NCBI GenBank assembly: GCA_013540605.1
Contig: JABVCK010000007.1
Coordinates: forward strand, 27,231 to 91,230
DNA length: 64,000 nt
DNA from: Bacillota bacterium
GTDB lineage: Bacteria; Bacillota; Clostridia; Ch29
Direction: 5' to 3'
The position numbers and the translations under genes were made by a program. Below are positions 46,397 to 56,489 of this stretch, piece by piece. Numbering within the stretch: position 1 is the stretch's first letter; the number at the start of each line of letters is the position of its first letter. Below the pieces are notes generated by a model. That model did not search any database, was not told where the DNA came from, and saw nothing but the letters and a program-made list of their open reading frames with translations.

Positions 46397-47278
46397 TCAT
46401 ATAATTTTACTATGGCCTTTTTCATCGATATTCTTCAAAATCAGAACCAAGCAATAAATCGTAATCAAATTGAATAGTGGAAACATGGCCATCTCCACAA
46501 AACTCATCGGCACTCCGGCATAGGCCTGACCAATTATCATTGCTGTAATTGAAGTTAACATTGTAATACCTTTCATGATTATGACAGATGACAGCAGGTA
46601 ACCAAAGGGCTTTCTCTTTAATATCAGTACCCCTGATAAAACTGCTGCAGGTACTATGAATCCCAAATCCATGGCCTGAATGACCAAGGTGGTATAATGC
46701 TCCAACCCAAAAGGGATAGTGTTATTTATCAGCGGAGGTATAATCCTTCCCAGCCAGAGCATACCAACGGCTGCGCCAATGAATATTTGAAAACCCCCCA
46801 CAAATTTTACAGGCAGTTTTTCATTGAAAGATGATCTCAATCCTTCAATATCGAATGACATCATAGATAATATGAATGCAAAAAAGCTTGCCGACATAAG
46901 TATTACATATACCAGAAACAGGGGATTATACATCCATAAAAACGCATACGAAATATAAGTATAAAGGAAATAGCCTAAAGTACCTGTAAGCAGCAGCCTG
47001 CCTTTAAGCAATCCCTTTCGCGATAAATAGAGCGATATTATAAGTACCGGGACGCCCAGGAGCATGGTTGCAATATCCTGCGCTATACCCTGGGCAACCA
47101 CTGCTATAGAGTCATGCTGATATATTCCTTTCCCGTAAATTGTAACCGTTTCCCCATGTATGGATTCAAACTCATATTGGCCTGGTCCTTGATTGGAAAG
47201 TATTCCAACTGCTGCAGCCACTAATGATAATACTGCAATGCACAGCACAAGTATGCTTATAGGTTTTTTGAATTTCAT
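46397..47278 (-). CDS. Hypothetical polytopic membrane protein
   Basis: The ATG at 47278 follows AGGGTGG. About 7 predicted TM helices. No family recognised. Confidence 0.6.
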   Translation of the reverse strand: MKFKKPISILVLCIAVLSLVAAAVGILSNQGPGQYEFESIHGETVTIYGKGIYQHDSIAVVAQGIAQDIATMLLGVPVLIISLYLSRKGLLKGRLLLTGTLGYFLYTYISYAFLWMYNPLFLVYVILMSASFFAFILSMMSFDIEGLRSSFNEKLPVKFVGGFQIFIGAAVGMLWLGRIIPPLINNTIPFGLEHYTTLVIQAMDLGFIVPAAVLSGVLILKRKPFGYLLSSVIIMKGITMLTSITAMIIGQAYAGVPMSFVEMAMFPLFNLITIYCLVLILKNIDEKGHSKII

Positions 47279-47344
47279 AGTGCATTTACCACCCTTCAAT
47301 CTGTCATAAAATAATATGAATTATGCCCTTTTACTTGGAACAGC

Positions 47345-47824
47345 TCAGGCATTGTTCATTAGCTGTGAAAACCTGTTAATATTATCCTCCAAGATATTTG
47401 ATATATCCTTATCCGTTTTAGAAACCTTCTTGACTATAAATCTATCTAAAGCATTCATCTTTTTGAATATGAATTCCCCTCCGAAGTATTCCTTTGCAAC
47501 GGCATTGGACAACAACTCCTGGGGAAAAGAAGTGTTCAGCTCTGTTTCTGCGATATCCCCTTCTCGCATACAACATATAAAGAACCCGGTTTTTTTGTCC
47601 ATTAACCGGCTAAGGTTTTTTGAACAGAACTCGCTTACTTCTTTCTGAATTCTCCCCATATAAATCGAGCCACCGATGATCACTTTATCATATTGTGAAA
47701 GATCTACAGCCCTGGCCCCTTTCAAATTATATAGGTCAACTTCCCCCGTAAGTTTTTCCGACAGCATTGAAGCGCACCTTTCCGTACAGCCGTATTTGCT
47801 GGCATACGCAATTAATGTTTTCAT
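47345..47824 (-). CDS. Flavodoxin domain protein
   Basis: The ATG at 47824 follows GGAGGTAGG. The MKTLIAYASKYGCTE N-terminus is typical of flavodoxin-like proteins. Confidence 0.78.
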   Translation of the reverse strand: MKTLIAYASKYGCTERCASMLSEKLTGEVDLYNLKGARAVDLSQYDKVIIGGSIYMGRIQKEVSEFCSKNLSRLMDKKTGFFICCMREGDIAETELNTSFPQELLSNAVAKEYFGGEFIFKKMNALDRFIVKKVSKTDKDISNILEDNINRFSQLMNNA

Positions 47825-47849
47825 TTTCCTACCTCCAGTAATCATATTT

Positions 47850-48473
47850 TCAGACCTCATTCCTTGACATAATTCCGTTGAATAATACGGTAAATTGATG
47901 ATCTATCAACCGGTTTACCTGATCCCGGGAAATATCCTTTTCCACCATGAGTTTTATTATCAGACCAAATGTGGATGTCCAGAGTATTTGAGCTGTGAGC
48001 TCGATGTCACAGGGCGTAAAGCGGCCTTGATTCACCCCCCTCTGTATGCTGCTACACAGCATTTGCAGGGTCTGGCTCCTTTCAGAAATTCCTTTTTCCA
48101 GCAGACGAGTTCTTTTTAGCACGGCAGGGTCATCATTGAGCATGACAGCCCTGTAATACTCCGGGGACTCCAAGGCTGCTGCAATATACCTGGTAAATGC
48201 TTCCCTTATCTCTTTTTCCGGCTCGTTCTCGTTTCTTTTTACCGAACCTATTGAGGCCAGTATCCGTTCATACCCCTCCCTTACCAGTGTCTCGACTATC
48301 TCGTTTTTGTCTTTAAAGTAGTGGTAGATAATAGCAGGAGAATAGTCTATTGCATTGGTGATTTTACGTATCGACAGTCCCCGAATACCATCCTTGGCAA
48401 TTATATCCCGCGCCGCATCCAGGATTGTATTTCTAACCTCTTCCTGCTTGCGCAGTTGGCGTTCCTTGCTCAT
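47850..48473 (-). CDS. TetR/AcrR family transcriptional regulator
   Basis: N-terminal HTH (ILDAARDIIAKDGIRGLSIRKITNAIDYSPAIIYHYF). The ATG at 48473 follows AGGTGA. Confidence 0.85.
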   Translation of the reverse strand: MSKERQLRKQEEVRNTILDAARDIIAKDGIRGLSIRKITNAIDYSPAIIYHYFKDKNEIVETLVREGYERILASIGSVKRNENEPEKEIREAFTRYIAAALESPEYYRAVMLNDDPAVLKRTRLLEKGISERSQTLQMLCSSIQRGVNQGRFTPCDIELTAQILWTSTFGLIIKLMVEKDISRDQVNRLIDHQFTVLFNGIMSRNEV

Positions 48474-48686
48474 ATGTATCACCTGCCCTTTGCATATTAA
48501 ACAGCGTTTATTTCATTGAACACTGTTTAATTATAAAATATGCTATCGCTTCCGTCAAGTATAATCATGGATGAATTCCCGTCATTCGAACAGGTTTTGG
48601 ATGCCCAAAACAAGTGCACGGAATTGGAACACCTGCATTGGCGCAAACATGAATTGTTTACCTTTCAATTCTGACTGCTTTTAGCA

Positions 48687-49076
48687 ATGTTGATTTTACC
48701 ATGGTTTATATTGTGGAAACTGGTAGACAGGAGAAGATTGCTTGAAATACTCGTATACGGATTGTTAATATCAACGATTGTAACTGTGCTTGATGAGGTG
48801 GGCTGCCAGTTGAACCTGTGGGAATACCGCTTCGACCTTGAACCTTTGTTCCCAAGGTTAATACCCATGAATTTTACAATGCTGCCCGTCTGGTATATGC
48901 TCATTTATCAGTACTTTACGAAATGGAAGCCATTTATAACGGCGAATATCGTATCGGCAGCAATATTTACTTTTATCGGAGAACCCCTTTTTGTGATGCT
49001 TGGTATATATGAACTGATCAAATGGAAACATATCTATTCGTTTCCTATTTTATATTATACTGGCGATAATCTTTAA
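48687..49076 (+). CDS. CBO0543 family membrane protein (possibly the 3' part of a gene interrupted by an in-frame TGA)
   Basis: 129 aa with the WKLVDRRR...LDE.G...LW.Y pattern recalled for the CBO0543 family. An in-frame 35-codon ORF (48567-48671) is separated only by the TGA at 48672-48674. Confidence 0.65.
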   Translation: MLILPWFILWKLVDRRRLLEILVYGLLISTIVTVLDEVGCQLNLWEYRFDLEPLFPRLIPMNFTMLPVWYMLIYQYFTKWKPFITANIVSAAIFTFIGEPLFVMLGIYELIKWKHIYSFPILYYTGDNL

Positions 49077-49123
49077 AGCAATTTTAAACTCGATCATGAA
49101 AGTACACCAGCAGGCTTCTTAAA

Positions 49124-49190
49124 TATATCAACAGAACCGTCCCCTTGATATATATCAACAGAACCGTCCCCTTGATATACCCTTGATATA
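49124..49190. repeat. 27-bp tandem repeat x2.4, each unit a hairpin TATATCAA(cagaaccgtcccc)TTGATATA
   Basis: Units at 49124-49150 and 49151-49177, plus a partial third. The loop carries the same CAGAACCGTCCCC string as 9770-9805. Confidence 0.9.
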
Positions 49191-49202
49191 TGTCACCCGT
49201 GT

Positions 49203-50042
49203 TCACTCGAACTTCAGGCTTATATCCAGAGCTTTAACCGAATGGGTCAAAGCTCCCATGGAAATAATATCCACCCCCGTTGCAGCTATATCCCTCAACC
49301 GCTCCTCCGTCACATTTCCCGATGCCTCCAGCAGCGCCTTCCCCTTTGCTTTGATTACCGCCTTTTTCATGTCCTCAAGGGACATATTGTCGAGCATGAT
49401 AACCTCCGCACCCGCCTCAAGGGCCTCGTCCAACTGCTGCAGGTCCTCTACCTCTATTTCGATTCTCAAGGTATGGGGTGCCCTTTCCCTTACCCTGGCT
49501 ACGGCTTCGGCTATTCCGCCGGCAGCCTTTATATGGTTGTCTTTGATAAGCACACCGTCCGACAGGTTGAACCGGTGGTTGCTGCCGCCGCCTATTGCTA
49601 CCGAGTACTTGTCGAGAATCCTCAGACCGGGGGCCGTTTTTCTCGTATCAGCTATTCTCACGCTGTAGCCGGATACTGTTTCTACGCACCTCCGGGTCCT
49701 TGTCGCAATCCCCGACATCCTCTGCAGAAAATTCAGGGCAGTCCGCTCTCCCCAAAGCACAGGAGATGCGGGACCTTCAATTGTGGCTATGACTTGGCTG
49801 ATGCTTACCCAACCGCCCTCTTCAACCTTGCGGTTCACTGCAATGCTGCCGTCCAGGATTTTAAAGACCTTTTCGAGAACCGGCAGGCCAGCTATAACCC
49901 CTTCCGCCTTTGCAATAAACATCCCCTTGATCGGCTTTTGCGCACCTGCCATGATACAGCCGGTAGTTATATCCCCTACCCCCAAATCCTCTGCCAGCGC
50001 ATTTTTGATTATTCCCTCAAGATAGCTATCGGGTATATTCAT
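49203..50042 (-). CDS. nadC: Nicotinate-nucleotide diphosphorylase (carboxylating)
   Basis: 279 aa. QPRTase motifs and context with nadB and nadA. AGGAGG RBS. Confidence 0.9.
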   Translation of the reverse strand: MNIPDSYLEGIIKNALAEDLGVGDITTGCIMAGAQKPIKGMFIAKAEGVIAGLPVLEKVFKILDGSIAVNRKVEEGGWVSISQVIATIEGPASPVLWGERTALNFLQRMSGIATRTRRCVETVSGYSVRIADTRKTAPGLRILDKYSVAIGGGSNHRFNLSDGVLIKDNHIKAAGGIAEAVARVRERAPHTLRIEIEVEDLQQLDEALEAGAEVIMLDNMSLEDMKKAVIKAKGKALLEASGNVTEERLRDIAATGVDIISMGALTHSVKALDISLKFE

Positions 50043-50051
50043 ATAATCCTC

Positions 50052-51590
50052 CTAACTGGTAATATAGTGTGTACCGCAGCTCTCTCCCCTGCGTGCGGCA
50101 GCCCTTGCTATCTGCATGGCCCCGTGCAGCATATTCTTTGTTTCCATCTGCGCCGGGCTTACGCAATCCTTATTCCTCAACTCCCACCATATTTCGTCCA
50201 GTTCCGACACTGCCTCCGTGATGCCTGTTCTGCTCCGGATAATACCGGCTTTTTCCGTCATGATATTGCCAATTCTTTCCCTTATGACATTCCAGTCTCG
50301 AGAAGAGGACCCGGTACACCGGTCGTACTCGAAGTCTGTCGGCATAATATCCAGTCTGTCCACGATTCTGTTGATGTCCGTGGCGATACGCCTCCCGAAT
50401 ACCAAGCCTTCCAGCAGAGAATTGCTTGCAAGCCTGTTGGCTCCATGGACCCCGGTACATGAACACTCCCCGCAGGCATACAGACAGGAAATACATGTTC
50501 TGCCGTCAAGGTCCACCGGTATTCCCCCTATCATATAATGGGCGGCAGGGGTAACGGGTATGTAGTCCCTGGATATATCCAGCCCGATACTCAAGCAGGT
50601 GTTGTATATAGTAGGAAACCTTCCGGCCAGAAATTCCCTATCCCTATGCGTTATGTCAAGATAAAGGCAGTCCGCCTGTTCGCGGGACATTTCCTCAAAC
50701 ATGGTCCTTGCTACCACATCCCGGGGAGCGAGTTCCTTCCTTGGATGAACTCCCTCCATAATCCTCCTGCCCTCCTTGTTTATAAGCGCTGCTCCCTCAC
50801 CTCTGACCGCCTCGGAGATCAGGAAACCGCGCCCGTGCCTCTTTTTGTACTCTTTGCTGTAAAGGGTTGTGGGATGAAACTGTACAAATTCCATATCCTT
50901 CAATACCATCCCTGCCCTGAAGGCCATGGCGAGACCATCACCCGTTGAAATGGGTGAATTGGTAGTGTCGCAGTATATTTGTCCTATTCCCCCCGTCGCC
51001 AGGACCAGCGCTTTACAGTATAGAACCCTTTTTCCCCCCTCTATCTGAACCAGTATGCCGCAGCACCTGCCGTCCCTTACCAGAAGGTCTACAGCAAAGG
51101 CATTGTCCATCACCGCGGTATTCTCCCTGGAAAGCAGTGCTGCCAGTAAAACCCTGTGGACTTCTCTGCCGGTTGCGTCCCCGCCGGCATGTACGATTCT
51201 TCTGCTGCTATGCCCGCCCTCCAGGGTTGAAAGCAGGTTGCCTTCCTCATCCCTGTCATATTCAACTCCCATTTTTGTGGTTGCGGTGATGTTCTCCAAT
51301 GCCTCTGCCACCATTACTTGTACCGCTTCCCTATTGTTTATCCAGCTTCCCGCCTTCATTGTATCCGCCACATGCAGGGTCCTGTCCTCTTCCTTCATGG
51401 CAACTGCAATACCCCCCTGGGCGAGACAGGTATTGTTCTCGCTCAGGCTGTTTTTGCTTATCACTGCAACCCTCAGATCTTTCCGGAGATTAAGGGCAGT
51501 ATACAGTCCTGCTATCCCGCTTCCTACAATAACCACATCATGCTGCTCCTTTTCCAGTCCAAAGGTGGAAAAGTTGGCTACAAAATCCAC
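50052..51590 (-). CDS. nadB: L-aspartate oxidase
   Basis: FAD-binding VVIVGSGIAGL motif and succinate-dehydrogenase-like core. The GTG at 51590 lies 9 nt after AGGAGG (the ORF track starts at 51611). Confidence 0.88.
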   Translation of the reverse strand: MDFVANFSTFGLEKEQHDVVIVGSGIAGLYTALNLRKDLRVAVISKNSLSENNTCLAQGGIAVAMKEEDRTLHVADTMKAGSWINNREAVQVMVAEALENITATTKMGVEYDRDEEGNLLSTLEGGHSSRRIVHAGGDATGREVHRVLLAALLSRENTAVMDNAFAVDLLVRDGRCCGILVQIEGGKRVLYCKALVLATGGIGQIYCDTTNSPISTGDGLAMAFRAGMVLKDMEFVQFHPTTLYSKEYKKRHGRGFLISEAVRGEGAALINKEGRRIMEGVHPRKELAPRDVVARTMFEEMSREQADCLYLDITHRDREFLAGRFPTIYNTCLSIGLDISRDYIPVTPAAHYMIGGIPVDLDGRTCISCLYACGECSCTGVHGANRLASNSLLEGLVFGRRIATDINRIVDRLDIMPTDFEYDRCTGSSSRDWNVIRERIGNIMTEKAGIIRSRTGITEAVSELDEIWWELRNKDCVSPAQMETKNMLHGAMQIARAAARRGESCGTHYITS

Positions 51591-51603
51591 AGGAACACAC
51601 CTC

Positions 51604-52515
51604 CTATACAACCGATAGCATTCTTTCCAGGGACAGAACAGCTCTGCGCCTTACCTCATCTTCCACTTCTATAAGATACTTACCCTTCTCCAGGGCCTGG
51701 AGAACGTCTTCCAGCCGGGTCTTTTTCATATCCGGACATATCAACCCCTTTGACAGCAGGTAGAACCTTTTACGTGGGTTATCCTTCTGCAGCCTGTACA
51801 GAAGACCTGCTTCGGTACCTATTATAAAGGCTCCGCAGCTGCTCTTTGAGACTCTCTCTATGATGCCGGAAGTGCTCCCGACATAATCCGCCATGCGGGC
51901 TACGGCAGGAGAGCACTCGGGGTGGACTGCCACCTCTGCTCCAGGATGGGCAATCCTCGCTTCTTCCACATCCCTTTCTGTAACAGCCGAGTGGGTGGCA
52001 CAAAATCCCTCCCATGGTATTATCTCTTTTCCGGGGACATGCCCCGCGACATAGCTGGCGAGGTTTTTGTCCGGTACAAACAATATCCTCTTATTTGGCA
52101 TGGAAAGCACCACCTTTACTGCGTTGGATGACGTGCAGCAGATATCGCTTTCTGCCTTGACCGCCGCTGACGAATTTATATAGCACACCACTGCAGCATC
52201 CGGATACTTTTCCCTTGCTCTCTTCAGAGCCTCAGGGGTTACCATATCTGCCATCGGACATCCCGCCTCCATAACAGGGAGGAGGACCTTCTTTTGCGGG
52301 TTGAGCAGCTTAGCGCTTTCAGCCATAAAATGGACCCCGCAAAAGACTATGGTGCTGCACTCAACCTTTGTTACCTCCCTGCTCAATTCCAGAGAATCTC
52401 CAACAAAGTCCGCAACCTCCTGAACTTCCTTCACCTGGTAACTATGCGCCAGAATTACCGCGTCCCTTTCCTTTTTTAATTTTATTATGGTATCGATAAC
52501 AGCCTGCCTTGACAT
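51604..52515 (-). CDS. nadA: Quinolinate synthase
   Basis: 303 aa. ILAHSYQ ... conserved Cys ligands. First gene of nadA-nadB-nadC. Confidence 0.9.
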   Translation of the reverse strand: MSRQAVIDTIIKLKKERDAVILAHSYQVKEVQEVADFVGDSLELSREVTKVECSTIVFCGVHFMAESAKLLNPQKKVLLPVMEAGCPMADMVTPEALKRAREKYPDAAVVCYINSSAAVKAESDICCTSSNAVKVVLSMPNKRILFVPDKNLASYVAGHVPGKEIIPWEGFCATHSAVTERDVEEARIAHPGAEVAVHPECSPAVARMADYVGSTSGIIERVSKSSCGAFIIGTEAGLLYRLQKDNPRKRFYLLSKGLICPDMKKTRLEDVLQALEKGKYLIEVEDEVRRRAVLSLERMLSVV

Positions 52516-52719
52516 CCTGCGGTCCCTCCCGTAACAATATGTGTATATACATCTGTCTTGTCATATATTGATAAAGAAAATATACCATTTAACCGCTAAA
52601 TAATCAAGTAAGGCTTTCGCAGCGAAAAAATGACACACGTACCGAATAAAAATCTTGACTTCTCAATGGAAGATATTTATAATATAATAGTTGATAAGTC
52701 AACTAAGGGAGGGGTGATT

Positions 52720-53160
52720 TTGAAAAAGGCCATCGGACGTCTGGTATCCATCCTGCACCGGCAATCACAGGTATATATTAATTATACTTTAAAGGAATTT
52801 GACATCACTTCGGCAGAATATTCTTTTCTCCTTCGTCTATACAATAAAGACGGGATAACCCAGGATGATTTGTCTGCCTATTTATATATAGACAAGTCTG
52901 CAACAGCTCGAGCGATAAAATCACTGGAACAGAAGGGCTATGTGATAAGGGATAAGGATGATGCGGACAAAAGATTTAATAGAGTCTATCTCTCCGATAA
53001 GGCAATGCTTTATAAGGACGAAATAAGGAAAAGAGTATGGCAATGGAGTGAATTTCTGACAGAGGAACTGGATGAAGAAACTGTCGATATGGTCTTATCC
53101 GTGCTGCAAAAGATGGTGGATAAAGTGGAGCGTACCAATTTAAAAAAGAAAATGGAGTAA
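52720..53160 (+). CDS. MarR family transcriptional regulator
   Basis: A TTG at 52720 (or GTG at 52714) follows AGGGAGGGG (the ORF track starts at 52630). Winged HTH (ITQDDLSAYLYIDKSATARAIKSLEQKGYV). Confidence 0.8.
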   Translation: MKKAIGRLVSILHRQSQVYINYTLKEFDITSAEYSFLLRLYNKDGITQDDLSAYLYIDKSATARAIKSLEQKGYVIRDKDDADKRFNRVYLSDKAMLYKDEIRKRVWQWSEFLTEELDEETVDMVLSVLQKMVDKVERTNLKKKME

Positions 53161-53167
53161 TTATGAT

Positions 53168-54538
53168 ATGGAATATGTAAATCCATTAGGTGAAGAGAAG
53201 GTATCAAAGCTTTTGGTGAAATTTTCGGTGCCCGCAATTGTAGGCATGATGGTTAACGCCTTATATAATGTCGTTGATAGGATTTTTATCGGCAACTGCA
53301 GGGATTTAGGCTCCTATGGTTTAGCAGGAATTACCATAGGTTTTCCAATTATGATAATACTTCTGGCAATCGGCATTTTATTCGGCGTAGGTGGAGCAAC
53401 CCTATTCTCCATAAGATTAGGCGAAAAACGGCAGGAAGAGGCTGAAAACGCCCTCGGCAATGCCTTTGTCCTATTGGTTATGGCAGGCCTTACATTTATG
53501 ATTTTGGGCCAGATCTTTTTAAAGCCCATATTATCCCTGTTCGGCGCCAGTGAAGCGGTGCTGCCTTATTCCATGCAATATATGCGAGTGATTTTCTTTG
53601 GAGCGGTTTTTCAGGTATTAAGCATTGGCATGAACAATTTTATACGCGCCGATGGCAACCCTAACATAGCAATGCTGACCATGTTTTTAGGTGCAGGTAT
53701 AAATACCTTGCTGGATCCGGTATTTATCTATGTTTTCGGAATGGGTATGGCCGGTGCGGCTCTTGCTACCATTCTGGCGCAGGCAATTTCAGCTGCATGG
53801 GTGGTAACATACTTTATAGGTAAACGCAGCAGAAACAAGCTTAGACTCAAATACATGAAACCAAAACTCCATATTGCAGTCAAAATAACCTCTCTTGGAC
53901 TCCCCGGATTTTCGATGCAGCTTGCCAACAGCCTTTTAAACATGATACTTAACAAGAGCCTGCTTATTTACGGCGGGGATATAGCCGTATCGGGCATGGG
54001 CGTGATAAATAGTCTCCAGACTATTCTTCTGATGCCTATTACCGGTTTAAACCAGGGCGTTCAGCCTATAATCAGCTTTAATTTCGGAGCGAGAAAATAC
54101 GGCAGGGTCAAAACTGCAGAAAAGCTTGCAATTATGGTTGCTACTGCGATCGTGGTGACAGGTTATATCATAACAAGACTGTTCCCTACGCAGATGATAG
54201 CCATGTTCAACCGGGAACCGGAGTTATTAAAATTTGGCAGTTATGCGCTGGTGCACTGGTTCCTGTGTTTGCCGGTTATCGGCTTTCAGATTATTGCAGC
54301 AAATTTTTTCCAGGCTATCGGCAGACCAAAGTCCTCCATGTTTTTAATCCTTACAAGACAGATTATACTTCTTATTCCGGCGCTAATTATATTCCCCAGA
54401 TTCTGGGGCATTACCGGTTTACTGCATGCGGCGCCGTTTGCAGATTTCTTCTCAAGCTTACTGACAGGTTTCTGGTTTTACTACGGTATTAGAAATCTAG
54501 AATCTGCACCACTCCTTGTCCGCCGTCAACCCTTCTAA
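53168..54538 (+). CDS. MATE family efflux transporter
   Basis: 456 aa, 12 TM helices, N-terminal KLL.KFS.PAI.GM..NALYN..D motif. Confidence 0.9.
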   Translation: MEYVNPLGEEKVSKLLVKFSVPAIVGMMVNALYNVVDRIFIGNCRDLGSYGLAGITIGFPIMIILLAIGILFGVGGATLFSIRLGEKRQEEAENALGNAFVLLVMAGLTFMILGQIFLKPILSLFGASEAVLPYSMQYMRVIFFGAVFQVLSIGMNNFIRADGNPNIAMLTMFLGAGINTLLDPVFIYVFGMGMAGAALATILAQAISAAWVVTYFIGKRSRNKLRLKYMKPKLHIAVKITSLGLPGFSMQLANSLLNMILNKSLLIYGGDIAVSGMGVINSLQTILLMPITGLNQGVQPIISFNFGARKYGRVKTAEKLAIMVATAIVVTGYIITRLFPTQMIAMFNREPELLKFGSYALVHWFLCLPVIGFQIIAANFFQAIGRPKSSMFLILTRQIILLIPALIIFPRFWGITGLLHAAPFADFFSSLLTGFWFYYGIRNLESAPLLVRRQPF

Positions 54539-55810
54539 GAAATAGGGCTGCAATTTTTCCTTCCATAAGGACAGCAATTCTTCCTTTGTCTTTGCTTTTT
54601 CAATACGCTCCCGTATTCCTATGCACCAATTGGGTGTACATTTCAGAAACCGGGACAAATTTTTAGAAGCTTTTAGTGAACTTTTTACCATGCGCATTAT
54701 TCTTGGAAACATCACCTTAATCACCTCTAAACGTGAAAAGGGGTGAAGGGGCATACCCATTCCCTCAGGTAATTCTCCATATAAATCGCTGATTAGCCTC
54801 AATGCGCCTTTGGCATTCTTGCCAAGTAAGGACGTTATCACAGATACCCTTCTGCTGATATTCATGTAGGGTCTTCCGCAAATGTTGCCGGAAAACACAT
54901 AATATCCAGGGATAAAATTCATAGCATCATCCAGCAGTCTTGCTATACTCCAGGAAAATGGAGGATAAACATCGGGTATTGCTTCTGCAACATTGGTATT
55001 GGTCCAAAGTTCATCACCCATCAGGGAATAATTAATTTCATAGGTGTCCAGGTTGCCTGCCGACAATGTTGTTATCGGCCTCGATTGCAGAAGGTATAAT
55101 TTTCCGTCCGCTACAGCCCATTCGATATCCTGAGGTTTGCCTAATTCCTTCTCAAGCTTTGCTGCATATTGATAAAGCTTTGTGGCGTATTTCTCGAACT
55201 CAGCGGGGCCTTCATATTTCCCTTTAGGTCTTGTCAGCTTGAAATCATAGGCGTTGGCCTCTCCTGATACAAGCTGCTCTCCCAATCCATGGACATAGTT
55301 GCCTATCATGCTTACAAAGCTTCCTGTAATGGGATCAGCGGTAAACAGTACGCCCGAAATTTCCGACTGCACCATCAATTGGACCACTACAGCAATCTCA
55401 TGAGACTGTTCCATACCCTGGACAGAGCTGTATGCCCTTACCCGCTCTGACTCCCTTGATCTGAAAACCGTATGGATGGCTTCCTGTATCTCTTCATCGG
55501 TTTTAGCATTTAAAACTGTTTCAAACTCTCCGGCAAAGGAGGCCTGGTCCGAATCTTCACTTAACGCGGATGACCTTACTGCAAACAAGGAGCCTTTATG
55601 CTTTTTGCGCATGTCATTCAAATAACCTTGTATCTGATGCCAGGCTTCAGGATTCAGTTCCTCCCCTTGAAAAGCCGGCGGTAAAACAACAAACCCTTCC
55701 GGTACAGGATAGCCTGCCTGATGCATTCGGGCCAGCATGCCACCCTTCCCTCCCGCAAGCGGCTGCAGTTCAGGCGTCAACTCTCTAAAGCTTTTAACCA
55801 TATTTGCCAT
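54497..55810 (-). pseudogene. PEP/pyruvate-binding (PPDK_N, rifampin-phosphotransferase-like) protein, apparently 3'-truncated
   Basis: 437 aa covering the ATP-grasp region plus the start of the middle domain. No phosphohistidine swivel domain. The last 14 codons are antisense to the end of the MATE gene (42-nt convergent overlap). Confidence 0.6.
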
Positions 55811-55822
55811 ATAAATACCTTC

Positions 55823-56452
55823 TTAAAATATTCGTAGCTCCTTGCCGTCTATTCCCAGAGCCCTGGCCATTATTGCTTCCAGAGAGGCTTTATACTTTAA
55901 TGATTTTGTTTTATCCTCGATATATTCACTGAAGAACACGCTTTGCGGGACAGAAGTCACAGCCCTTAACAATATATCCGCTGTTTCACGGGGAAACTCC
56001 ACGTCAAAAATGCCTTCCTCCACCCCCTGCCCAATAATCCGGGCCAATGGTTCAACATACCTTTGAGCGATTGTCTGACAGTATTTATAGAGCGTAAAAT
56101 CCGACCTCATTATCATACACAGGTACTTTGCGAGTTCTTTTTTTGGCTTTTGGAAAGCTACCTTTTTTTCCATAAACCGGTTCAGTTTTTCCAAAGCATT
56201 AAGCCTCGGGTCCTCAATTATGCGTTCAGCTTCTTCCAGCAAACTTTCCGCTAAATTATTAATACTTTCCGCCAGCACTTCTTCTTTTGATTTAAAGTAA
56301 TGATAAAAGCCGCCCTTTGAAAGCCCTGAAGCATTTAGAATGTCATCAACACTTGTTTCCTCATAGCCTTTTTCTAAAAACAACTTTTCTGCAATCTCCA
56401 CAAGCTCATTCTTCTTTGCACTATGATTTTTTGCTGTTTTCACCATATTCAC
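55823..56452 (-). CDS. TetR/AcrR family transcriptional regulator
   Basis: 209 aa. HTH segment (LVEIAEKLFLEKGYEETSVDDILNASGLSKGGFYHYF). Confidence 0.85.
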   Translation of the reverse strand: MNMVKTAKNHSAKKNELVEIAEKLFLEKGYEETSVDDILNASGLSKGGFYHYFKSKEEVLAESINNLAESLLEEAERIIEDPRLNALEKLNRFMEKKVAFQKPKKELAKYLCMIMRSDFTLYKYCQTIAQRYVEPLARIIGQGVEEGIFDVEFPRETADILLRAVTSVPQSVFFSEYIEDKTKSLKYKASLEAIMARALGIDGKELRIF

Positions 56453-56460
56453 ACCTCCTA

Positions 56461-56489
56461 AAAACAGACCGACGTCGGTCTGTTTTTTT
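56461..56489. promoter_or_regulatory. Perfect 22-bp palindrome AACAGACCGACGTCGGTCTGTT (TetR operator or bidirectional terminator)
   Basis: Flanked by an A-run and a T-run. Lies directly upstream of the RBS of the TetR gene at 55823..56452. Confidence 0.5.

Noticed and set aside
49242-50462. A 406-aa plus-strand ORF, the longest unexplained ORF in the track.
   Set aside because: It is entirely antisense to nadC and nadB and crosses their boundary. The sequence is low-complexity and Pro/Arg/Cys-rich, with no RBS. It is a shadow ORF of well-supported genes.
52516-52629. A possible NiaR operator or NAD-type riboswitch upstream of nadA (palindrome TGTATATACA and ACATCTGTCTTGTCAT).
   Set aside because: I cannot recall the NiaR consensus precisely enough to claim a match. 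No niaR gene is in the window, and the leader is too short and AT-rich for the nadA-motif RNA. It needs a RegPrecise or Rfam comparison.
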